Below, in pieces: positions 17,456 to 26,300 of a stretch of DNA of 64,000 nt; position 1 is the stretch's first letter; each line of letters starts with the position of its first letter. This DNA is from Actinomycetota bacterium. Lineage in GTDB: Bacteria > Actinomycetota > Acidimicrobiia > Acidimicrobiales > JACCXE01. A program made the position numbers and the translations under genes. The DNA is taken from the NCBI GenBank assembly GCA_048498715.1, contig JBEHXL010000006.1, forward strand, positions 45,272-109,271, given 5' to 3'. The notes beneath the pieces are model-generated. The model searched no databases. It saw only the letters and a program-made list of their open reading frames with translations, and was not told the origin of the DNA.

Positions 17456-18108
17456 ATCAGCCGGCGATCCGTCGCCCAGCGCGCGAGTTCGTGACGCGAG
17501 CTCAGCTGAAGTTTGCGCAACACCGAACTGACGTGGGTCTCGACGGTCTTCACCGACACGTTGAGGCGCCGCCCGACTTCCTTGTAGGCGTAGCCACGCG
17601 CGATCAGCTGCAGAACCTCGCGTTCGCGGGGCGTGAGCTGTTCGAGCTCGGGATCCGCACTCGGGGCGGTGGCGACGGGCGGCCCCGACGCGAATGCGTC
17701 GAGCACGAAGCCGGCGAGCCGCGGGGAGAACGCGGCGTCGCCCGCGGCGATGCGTTCGATCGCTTCGGCCAACTCGGCGCCCGTCGCCGATTTCGTGATG
17801 TAGCCGCGGGCGCCGGCGCGAATCACGGCGATCACGTCTTCGGGTGCGTCCGAAACCGACAGCGCGAGGAAGCGGAGCGATGGCTTCACGGGCGTGATGC
17901 GACGGAGGATCTCGACGCCGCCACCGCCGGGCATGTGCACATCGAGCAGCACGACGTCGACCGCATCGTCGGCCAGCGCGCCGAGCGCGGCCACCGCGGC
18001 ATCGACGTCACCCGCTTCGCCGACCACGGTGACGGCGTCGCCCAACTCGGTGCGCACTCCGGACCGGACCATCGGGTGGTCGTCGACGATGAACACCTTG
18101 GCCGTCAT
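17452..18108 (-). CDS. NarL/LuxR-family response regulator
   Basis: 218 aa. Receiver VFIVDDHPMVRSG...VLLDVHMPGGGG and HTH LTPREREVLQLIARGYAYKEVGRRLNVSVKTVETH. Confidence 0.9.
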   Translation of the reverse strand: MTAKVFIVDDHPMVRSGVRTELGDAVTVVGEAGDVDAAVAALGALADDAVDVVLLDVHMPGGGGVEILRRITPVKPSLRFLALSVSDAPEDVIAVIRAGARGYITKSATGAELAEAIERIAAGDAAFSPRLAGFVLDAFASGPPVATAPSADPELEQLTPREREVLQLIARGYAYKEVGRRLNVSVKTVETHVSSVLRKLQLSSRHELARWATDRRLI

Positions 18109-19295
18109 CGCGGCACTCGCAGTTCCACTTCGGTCCCTTCGCCGGGCGTCGATCGCACAACGGCGGTGCCGCCGGCGCGCTCGATGCGCCCCTTGATCGA
18201 TTCGTTCACACCATGGCGGTCAGCCTCGATCGCATCCGGATCGAACCCGACCCCGCGATCGCGCACGAACAGTTCGATGGCTTGCGCCTCGGCCTCGAGG
18301 AACACATCGATGCTGTCGACCTGCGCGTGCCGCGCTGCGTTCACTACGGCTTCGCGACCCGCAGCCACGAGCGCGCGACTGGCGTCGTCGAGCGGCGCAT
18401 CACCGACGGCCACGACTTCGACGCGTACGCGGTGCGCGTCTTCGACCATCGCGAGTTCGTGCTTCAAGAGACCGGCAACGGTGTCGTCGGGCTGCGCCGC
18501 AGTCGGGCTCGTGAAGAGCCAGTCGCGCAACTCGCGTTCCTGGCGACGCGCCATCGAGCGCACTTCGCGGGGATCGTCCGCGCGCTTCTGGATCAGCGCC
18601 AGCGTTTGCAACACGCCGTCGTGGAGGTGCGCCGCCATGTCCGCACGCTCCTGCGAACGAATGCGCTCGAGTCGTTCGAAGGCAAGGTCGTTCGTAAGCC
18701 GGCTCAGCCATGGCCACGCGAGGAACGCGATACCGATCACCAAGGCCAACGCGCCGATCGCGCTTTGTCCGACGTTGGAGAACCCGCCGGCCACCGCGGT
18801 CGTGACGGCAAGGCCGACGCCGACGAGCGACACGCCGAGCGCCATGCGTAGCGGCCAGCCCTTCGAAAGCCGCAACCCGCGTGTGGCGTCCTCGCGGCTG
18901 CCGAACAACGCGGCGCCGGCGGCCACGACGAGCGCGGGAAGCGCGATCGTGTCGCCGATCCAGTAGCCAATCGTCCGGCACAGCAACGCGAACCCCGCGG
19001 CGGTGCACAGGATCGCCGCGCTGTCGATCGCGGCGCCCGGACGCGGTGCCGGAATTGGAGCATCGGACTCTTCCGAGGACACCCACAGGACGGCGTACAC
19101 GACGACACCGATGCCGCCGCAGAGTCCGAGCAATACGAACACGAGTCGGACGACGCCAACCTCGACGCCGAACGCAGCCGCGAGCCCCGAACACACCCCA
19201 CTCAAGAGGCGCGTGCGTCGGCGACGCGTCACATGGAGGCGGAAGGGCAGAGCTTGCACGTATGAATCGTCGCACGCGCCCCCGGTCAGAACCAT
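18105..19295 (-). CDS. PspC-domain sensor histidine kinase
   Basis: N-terminal PspC-like RLLSGVCSGLAAAFGVEVGVVRLVFVLL, TM helices, H-box AAHLHDGVLQTLALI and ATPase end GTAVVRSTPGEGTEVELRVP. The exact start is uncertain. Confidence 0.8.
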   Translation of the reverse strand: MVLTGGACDDSYVQALPFRLHVTRRRRTRLLSGVCSGLAAAFGVEVGVVRLVFVLLGLCGGIGVVVYAVLWVSSEESDAPIPAPRPGAAIDSAAILCTAAGFALLCRTIGYWIGDTIALPALVVAAGAALFGSREDATRGLRLSKGWPLRMALGVSLVGVGLAVTTAVAGGFSNVGQSAIGALALVIGIAFLAWPWLSRLTNDLAFERLERIRSQERADMAAHLHDGVLQTLALIQKRADDPREVRSMARRQERELRDWLFTSPTAAQPDDTVAGLLKHELAMVEDAHRVRVEVVAVGDAPLDDASRALVAAGREAVVNAARHAQVDSIDVFLEAEAQAIELFVRDRGVGFDPDAIEADRHGVNESIKGRIERAGGTAVVRSTPGEGTEVELRVPR

Positions 19296-19343
19296 CGGGA
19301 ACGACCCTGAGACCCAGCCGATACTGGATCAGGGGGATACCCG

Positions 19344-20762
19344 ATGGCGATGATGGTGCGCAGTCCGCACGATGCAGTCATGACAACCGCGGGCACTCCG
19401 AATGCCGGTATGACGACACCAACTTCCACCGAGCCGTACAAGCTGCGACGCGCCCGGAAGGGTCGCATGCTCGCGGGTGTCGCCGCCGGCCTGGCAACCG
19501 CGAGCGGCCTCGACGTCACGATCGTGCGGATCTGCATCGGCGCGTCGATGCTCACCGGCCTTGGAGTGATCGGCTACCTCCTGCTCTGGATCGTGATCCC
19601 CGAAGAGCAGCCCTCGCGAGGCCGCTACGTCGAGCCCGCGCCCGAGTCCACGGCGCGAGTCATTCGTGTGCTCCTGCTCGGTGGCGCGCTACTCGTGCTG
19701 CTGCAGAAACTCGGGATCTTCTGGCCGTTCGAGAACCGCTACGGCCACACCAGCTTCGGCTTCGACGGCGTGCTCGCCCTGGTGCTGCTGAGCGTCGGCG
19801 TCGGCGTCCTGGTCAGTCGTCATCGGTCGGACGGGTGGTTGTCGTCGGACACGGCACCTCCGACGGCTCCTCCCCCCAGTGAGCCGCCGTTCACACCGTG
19901 GACCGCGCCGAACGCCACTCCGCCGGCCGATGACGACACCACCATTCTCACGGTCGAGCACGAGTCATTCGCTGATCTCGACTCCGAAGACAACTATCCC
20001 GACCAGGTCGGTTTCGTCGGCCCGTTCCGCGACATCGCCAACACCGTGCACCGCGACGTCACCGACGCGCTGGCCAGTGCCCGGCAGGAGACCCGGATCA
20101 AGAAGCCAGGCGGCGCCGCTCTCGGATGGGCGCGCGTCGTTGGTTGGCTCGTGTTGCTGTGGTGGTTGGCCGGCCTCGCGGCACTGCTCGGCGTGTGGCG
20201 GTTCGGGGCGGTCAACATCACGGGCCCGGTGTTGTTCTTCGGCGTGTGCTGGACCGTCTTCACGATCGTGCTCAACGCGCTGATACGCGTGCGCAAGCCG
20301 GCGGTGGTGCTCGGCACCTTGTTCACGCTGCTCATTCCGGTCGGGATCGCCCAAGGCATGGTTCGGGCCGACGGACCGATGGGCGCCCGCACGTTCCGTC
20401 CGGTGCAGATGGGGCAGCACGCGACGTACCGAGTCGCGATGGGGCAACTCGATCTCGACCTCGCCGACGCGCAGCTGGCGAAGTCGCGAGCTACCGACAT
20501 CGATGCATCAATGGGCGTCGGTCACATGTCGATCGTGGTCCCGAACAACGTGTCGCTCACCGTCGTCACCGACATCAAGGCCGGCGGCTACGCCGTCCTC
20601 GGCAAGGAGACGACCGGAGGGATCGGCCAGCGCGAGACGCTGCGCTTCGATGGCTGCGAAGGGGCCCCGCACCTGCGGCTGCACATCACCGGCGGCGCCG
20701 GGTGGATGGAAGTCCAGCGGGCGAGCGGCGGCAACGAAGCGACCTGTCCGGCCGCGGCTTAG
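19344..20762 (+). CDS. PspC-domain membrane protein with LiaF-like C-terminal domain
   Basis: RMLAGVAAGLATASGLDVTIVRICIGASMLTGLGVIGYLLLWIVIPEE (PspC), several TM helices, and a C-terminal beta-rich region like cell-wall-active-antibiotic response proteins. Confidence 0.75.
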   Translation: MAMMVRSPHDAVMTTAGTPNAGMTTPTSTEPYKLRRARKGRMLAGVAAGLATASGLDVTIVRICIGASMLTGLGVIGYLLLWIVIPEEQPSRGRYVEPAPESTARVIRVLLLGGALLVLLQKLGIFWPFENRYGHTSFGFDGVLALVLLSVGVGVLVSRHRSDGWLSSDTAPPTAPPPSEPPFTPWTAPNATPPADDDTTILTVEHESFADLDSEDNYPDQVGFVGPFRDIANTVHRDVTDALASARQETRIKKPGGAALGWARVVGWLVLLWWLAGLAALLGVWRFGAVNITGPVLFFGVCWTVFTIVLNALIRVRKPAVVLGTLFTLLIPVGIAQGMVRADGPMGARTFRPVQMGQHATYRVAMGQLDLDLADAQLAKSRATDIDASMGVGHMSIVVPNNVSLTVVTDIKAGGYAVLGKETTGGIGQRETLRFDGCEGAPHLRLHITGGAGWMEVQRASGGNEATCPAAA

Positions 20763-23108
20763 TCAGACGACGCTGACGACGCGGTCGAGCGCTTCACCGA
20801 CGATGTCCTTGGTGATCGGCTTGGCGATGAACTCGTCCATGCCGGCGTCGAAGCAACGTTGCCGGTCCTCTTCGAGGGCGCTCGCTGTCATCGCCACGAT
20901 CGGCAACTTCGCCTTCGGTCCGTCGAGCGCACGAATCGCCCGAGCCGCGCTGTAGCCGTCGAGCACCGGCATCTGGCAGTCGAGGATCACGACGTCGAAG
21001 TCGTCGATCGCGAGGGTGTCGAGCGCCTCTTGGCCGTTTTCCACCACGGTGACGTGCCAGCCCAGTCGTTCGAGCATGGCGCGAGCGACGAACTGGTTGA
21101 CCTGGTTGTCTTCGGCCAGCAGCGCCCGGCGCTGTTCGGCGTCGAGAACAGCAGTCACGACCGGCGGCTCGACGGGCGCCGGCGCCTCAATCACGCGATC
21201 GACCGCCGGAAGTGACACCAGGATCGTGAAGGTGGTGCCTACGCCGGGCTCGCTCATGAAGCTGATGTCACCGCCCATCAGTTCGATCAGGTCACGCGAG
21301 ATCGCAAGACCGAGTCCGGTGCCGCCAAAGCGACGCGTCGTCGAGGAGTCGCCCTGTTCGAACGGCTTCATCAGTCGGCTCTGCGCTTCGAGCGGGATAC
21401 CGATGCCGCTGTCGATCACATCGAAGCGAATGCAGTCACCGTCGCGCGCCACGCGCAGAACCACTCGGCCGCGCTCGGTGAACTTCACCGCATTGCCCAC
21501 GAGGTTCGCGAGCACCTGACGAAGACGGGCCGCGTCGCCGCGTACGACTTCGTCGTTGACGGTCATTTCTGAGTGCAGGTCGATGCCCTTCGTCTGGGCG
21601 GTTACGGCAAAAAGGCTGATCGTCTCTCGCACGACCTTGCCGAGGTCGAAATCGGCAACCTCGATGTCGACCTTCCCCGCCTCGATCTTGGACAGGTCGA
21701 GGATGTCGTTGAGGATCACGAGCAGGCTGTCCGCCGCGGCGCGCAGACCTTCGACGTGGCCGCGCTGCGCGTCGTTGAGCGGTGAGTCGGCGAGCAACTC
21801 CGCCATGCCCAACACCCCGTTCATGGGAGTGCGGATTTCGTGGCTCATGTTCGCGAGGAACTGCGACTTCATCTTCGACGCCAACTGCGCACGGTTCTCC
21901 GAGTTGCGCAGGTGCTCCTCGTTCTCACGGCGCGCCGTGATGTCCTGAATCTGCGAGATGAAGTGCATCGGCCGCCCGTCGTCAGCGCGCACCAGCGACG
22001 CGTTGAGTTGCACCCATACCTGCGAGCCGTCTCGTCGCAGATAGCGCTTCTGCATCTCGAACGTCGCCCGCGTGCCGTCCAACATTTCGCGGACGTAAAG
22101 GACGTCCGCCGCGACGTCGTCGGGATGCGTGATGTCCTGGAACGACCGCTCGAGCAGTTCATCGGGCGGGTAGCCGACAATGGCGCACAGCGCCGGATTG
22201 ACGCGCAGGAACCGGCCGTTCGGCGCGACGATCGCAACGCCGATGGGCGCGTTCTCGAACGCGAGCCGAAACTGCTCCTCGGCGGCCCGTAGCCGGGCTT
22301 CGTCGCGACGCAGTTCGGTCACGTCCTGGCGCGTGCCCCGAACCACGGTGGGTTTGCCGTCCTCGTCGAAGTCGACCTCGGAACGGCCGAACAGAATGCG
22401 CTCTTCGCCGTTGGGCCACACGACACGCAGGTCGCCTTCCCAACCGACGCCCGTCTCGATCGCCCGCTGCAATTTGTCGCGCACTTCTTGCGCGTCGTCG
22501 GGATGCGCACGCGACAGGAAGCTGTCGAGGCTCGGCTTGTAGTGCGCGATGTCGAAGCCGTAGAGCTCGTACATGACATCGGACCACTCGCTGGCGCGCG
22601 TCCGAACGTCGTAGCGCCACGAGCCGAGGCGGGCGAGGCGCTGCGCTTCGCGAGCTTGGCGTTCGGCCTCCGCGAGCTGTTCGGCGTGCAGTCTCTCCTC
22701 GGTGACGTCCTGACCCGTGCCGACCATGCGCAGCGCAACCCCGTTGGCGTCGACGCTGACCTCGCCGAAGCAGTGCATGTAGACGAGTTCCCCGTTGGGA
22801 CGGATGGCGCGGTGGTTGAACTCGAATGACTCACCCGTTGTGTACGCGTGCATCACCAGAGCGTTGACCGCTTCACGATCCTCGGGATGAATGCGCTCGA
22901 CATACGCCTCGTAAGACGCATCGAACGCGGTCGGATCGACGCCGAAGATCCGGTAGAGCTCGTCGGACCAGGTGACCGTGTTGGACTGGATGTCCCACTC
23001 CCACGACCCGAAACGCGCGATCTGTTGCGCGCGAAGCAGCTCCTCCTGCCGGCGCAGCACTGCAGCCGCGCCACGGTCAAGGATCCGCTCCTCCTCGCGC
23101 ACGGTCAC
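20763..23108 (-). CDS. multi-PAS hybrid sensor histidine kinase with C-terminal receiver
   Basis: 781 aa. Repeated PAS-like segments, H-box FLANMSHEIRTPMNGVLG, GGTGLGLAISRDLIELMGG, and receiver LLAEDNQVNQ...VILDCQMPVLDG. Confidence 0.9.
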   Translation of the reverse strand: MTVREEERILDRGAAAVLRRQEELLRAQQIARFGSWEWDIQSNTVTWSDELYRIFGVDPTAFDASYEAYVERIHPEDREAVNALVMHAYTTGESFEFNHRAIRPNGELVYMHCFGEVSVDANGVALRMVGTGQDVTEERLHAEQLAEAERQAREAQRLARLGSWRYDVRTRASEWSDVMYELYGFDIAHYKPSLDSFLSRAHPDDAQEVRDKLQRAIETGVGWEGDLRVVWPNGEERILFGRSEVDFDEDGKPTVVRGTRQDVTELRRDEARLRAAEEQFRLAFENAPIGVAIVAPNGRFLRVNPALCAIVGYPPDELLERSFQDITHPDDVAADVLYVREMLDGTRATFEMQKRYLRRDGSQVWVQLNASLVRADDGRPMHFISQIQDITARRENEEHLRNSENRAQLASKMKSQFLANMSHEIRTPMNGVLGMAELLADSPLNDAQRGHVEGLRAAADSLLVILNDILDLSKIEAGKVDIEVADFDLGKVVRETISLFAVTAQTKGIDLHSEMTVNDEVVRGDAARLRQVLANLVGNAVKFTERGRVVLRVARDGDCIRFDVIDSGIGIPLEAQSRLMKPFEQGDSSTTRRFGGTGLGLAISRDLIELMGGDISFMSEPGVGTTFTILVSLPAVDRVIEAPAPVEPPVVTAVLDAEQRRALLAEDNQVNQFVARAMLERLGWHVTVVENGQEALDTLAIDDFDVVILDCQMPVLDGYSAARAIRALDGPKAKLPIVAMTASALEEDRQRCFDAGMDEFIAKPITKDIVGEALDRVVSVV

Positions 23109-23168
23109 CTATCGGTCAACCGGCGTATGACCTAAAGGGTCAAATGTGTGTGCGTGCTGTCGTTGACT

Positions 23169-23260
23169 TGGCGGAGAGGGGGGGATTTGAACCCCCGGAC
23201 CCAGTTTCCCAGGTCAACTCATTAGCAGTGAGTCCGATTCGGCCGCTCTCGCACCTCTCC
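23169..23260 (-). tRNA. tRNA-Ser (anticodon GCT), CCA encoded
   Basis: The reverse complement reads GGAGAGG...ACTCA CTGCTAA TGAGT...long variable arm...GGGGGTTCAAATCCCCC CCTCTCC G CCA. Confidence 0.85.
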
Positions 23261-23324
23261 TCGGTGCGCCGAGATTAGCGGGTCGGCCCGGGCACACCCT
23301 TGGTCGATTCGTCGCCAGACGCGA

Positions 23325-23352
23325 GGAAGCCCCGCCCGAAGGCGGGGCTTCC
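23325..23352 (-). terminator. GC-rich hairpin downstream of the giant gene
   Basis: GGAAGCCCCGCC CGAA GGCGGGGCTTCC: perfect 12-bp stem and 4-nt loop, 24 nt after the stop at 23376. There is no clear U-tract. Confidence 0.6.
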
Positions 23353-23375
23353 TGCTTGGCTGGACCTGATGCGGG

Positions 23376-26300
23376 CTAGCCGAGGAGTGCGAAGCCCGGT
23401 CGGTAGCTGAAGACCGGGGTTGCGTTGGTCGGCGTGACCGGCGGGTTGAAGGTGACGAAGTCGCCACCGATCGCCAGCAGGCCGCTCGAGGTGAGCGACA
23501 TGGTGCGGATCGTCCCGCTCGGGGTCGGCTGCCAGTCGAGCACTTCGCCAGTGTTGGCGTCGATGCCCGACATCGGACCGTAGGCGTTGCCAGCTGTCGT
23601 GGTGTACGTGCCGGCGAGGTACAGGTTGCCGGAGAAGACCACGAGGGCGTTGACCGCGCCGTTGGTGTCGGCCTGCCATGCACTGACGGCGCCGCCGTCG
23701 GAGCCGTTCACCTTGGCGAGGTTGGCGCGGGCGGCACCACCGGCGTTGGCGAACGAACCACCGAGGAAGATGGCGTCAGCGTTGTCAGGATCGACGGCGA
23801 TGATGTTGACCGCGCCGTCCGGGTTCGGCGACCAAGCGGTCGCGTTACCCGAGGTCGTGCTGATGGCTGCGGCGTTCGAACGAAGGTCGCTGCCCACGTT
23901 CGAGAAGGAACCACCGGCGAGGACGTTGGCACCGTCGAGAACAACGCTGTTCACCGTGGCGCCGCTGTTCAGCGCCGGGTTCCACACGGAGGTGTCGCCC
24001 ATCGTGGTGCCGACGGCGGCCAGGCCCGAACGGGTGTCGGCATTGACGCCCGTGAAGGAACCACCGATGTACACACGATTGGCGTCAGCCGCCATGGACT
24101 TGACCGAGCCGCCGGAAACGGTCGGGGTCCACGAGGTGACCGTGCTGTCGGCTTGCTGCACCGCACCGAGACCGGAGCGGGAGACACCGTTCACCTGGCT
24201 GAACAAACCAGCGAGGTAGACGTTGTCGGCATTGGCCGTGATCGCTGCCACAGGACCGTCGGTATCCGCCTTGAAAGACGTCACACCGCTGGCCTGGCTG
24301 ATCTCGGCGACGTTGTGGCGAACCACACCGCCGAGGACCTTGAACGCACCACCGGCGATGAGGCGGGTCGAAGCGTCACGAGCCAACGAGAAGACCTCGT
24401 TGCCGGCGTGCGCCGTGAGCGGCTGCAGTGCGGCCGCCGCCGTGCTCGCCGAAGCGGCGTTCACGTACAGCGCAATGCGGTGACGGGCTTCGCCCTGAGC
24501 GTGGGTGAAGGCACCACCGATGGCGATGTACGACGTCGACGAGGTTGCGGCCGCGCTGATGCTGTTGACGGTGCCGTCGATGCCCGAGGGCACCCAGACG
24601 GTCGAAGGCGAGCTGTTGAGCTGACCAACGGTCGTCGAGTTGGCGCCCGCGTTGGTGAGACCGAAGGCGACGACGTTTTGGACGGCGAGACCGGCCGAGG
24701 ACGTGAACGAGCCACCGAGGAAGACGGTGCCGGGCACGCTCGAGGTTGGCGAGGTGCCGACCGCGATGGTGTTGACCACGCCGTTGGTGTTCGGGTTCCA
24801 TCCGAGAACGCCGCCGGGCGCCGTCGGGCTGAACGCCGCTGCGTTGTTGCGAGCGGTAGGTGCGTCGGCGGCTTTGAAGGCACCGCTGAAGTCACCGCCG
24901 ACGAGAACCGACGTCGGAGCGGTGAGGATGCCAGCACCCACGATGGCGATGGACTTCACCGTCGAACCTGCGACGCCAGCGGTGTAGGCCGGATCGAAGC
25001 CGATCGTCGGCGCCGCCGACGTACCCGCCCAGTTGTAGCGCGCCAGGTGATTCGCAGTGGTGGAGCCGATCTTGGTGAAGTCGCCACCGATGTAGATCTT
25101 CGCCTGCTGCGAAACCGTGCTCGAGATCGTGAAGACGGTGCCGTGGAAGGCAATCGCGTTGACCGCGCCGTTGGGGTCACCTGCCGGGTCGAAGGTGAGC
25201 GCCTTCGACGTGGGATCGACCAGCATGTAGTTCTGGTGACCAGCTGCGGTGAAGAGACCGCCCACGGCGACCTTGTAGTAGGTGGCGGTCGGCGTCAGGA
25301 ACGTCGCGTTCACGACGTTCACGGCGCGAACCTCGCCGCTGATGCCGCCGAGGTTGCAGTAGGTGGCATCGAGCACACCACCAGAGGTGATGTGAGCGAA
25401 GGCGGGGCAGGCGACGCCTTGGACATGCGTGAACGTGCCGCCGATGAAGTACCCGCTCACGAGGTCGGAGGTGATGGCCTTGACCACACCGCCGGTGACA
25501 GCGGCACCGTTGACGACCGAACCCTGGGTTGCGCCGGCGGCCAGCACTTCGGCACCGGCACCGCCCGCCGCAGGACCAGCGGTGTCGAAGGCACCACCGA
25601 GGTAGGTGGTGTCGTGGCCAGTACCGACCACCGAGTTGACGATGCCGTCGACCGCAGGAGCGGGCTGCAGCGCAGGCTTGGCCGGCGTGACAACCGCGGT
25701 CGCGGCGGTCTCGGTCGGCGTCTTCACCGCAGCGTTGGTGTCGTCGAGGTTGTCGTTGGTGCCGATGACAACCGCACGCAGCGTCTTGCCGATGTCGTTG
25801 GCCTTGCTGACCGTGTAGCGGTTCGTGGTTGCACCGGCGATCGGGCTGCAGTTGGCACCCGTCTCGTCGCACTGCTCCCACTGATACAGGAAGGCGGTAG
25901 CCGTGCCGGCCTGCCACGTGCCGTCAGTCACCTTGAGCTTGTCGCCCGTGAACGGCGAGCCGGGGATGGCGGCCGTCGTGGTGCAAGCGGTGTTGAGGCA
26001 GCGGACGATCGTGCCGACAACAGTGTTGACTGGCGCCGGCTGAATGCGGCTTTGCGCACTCGTAGCGGCCGTCGAACCCACGTGGTTCGTGGCCGTGACG
26101 ACGACCTGGATGGTCGAGTCGAGGTCGGCCGGGGCCACGGGGGTGTAGGTGGAGTTCGTTGCGTCTGGAATGTCGGCGCAGCTGAGACCCGAGGCGTCAC
26201 ACTTCTGCCACTGGTAGGTCAGAGCACCACTGACGCCCTGGCTCCAGTCCGTCGAACGGGAGCTGTGGGCGGTCAACGTGTGACCGGTACCGGCGACGCC

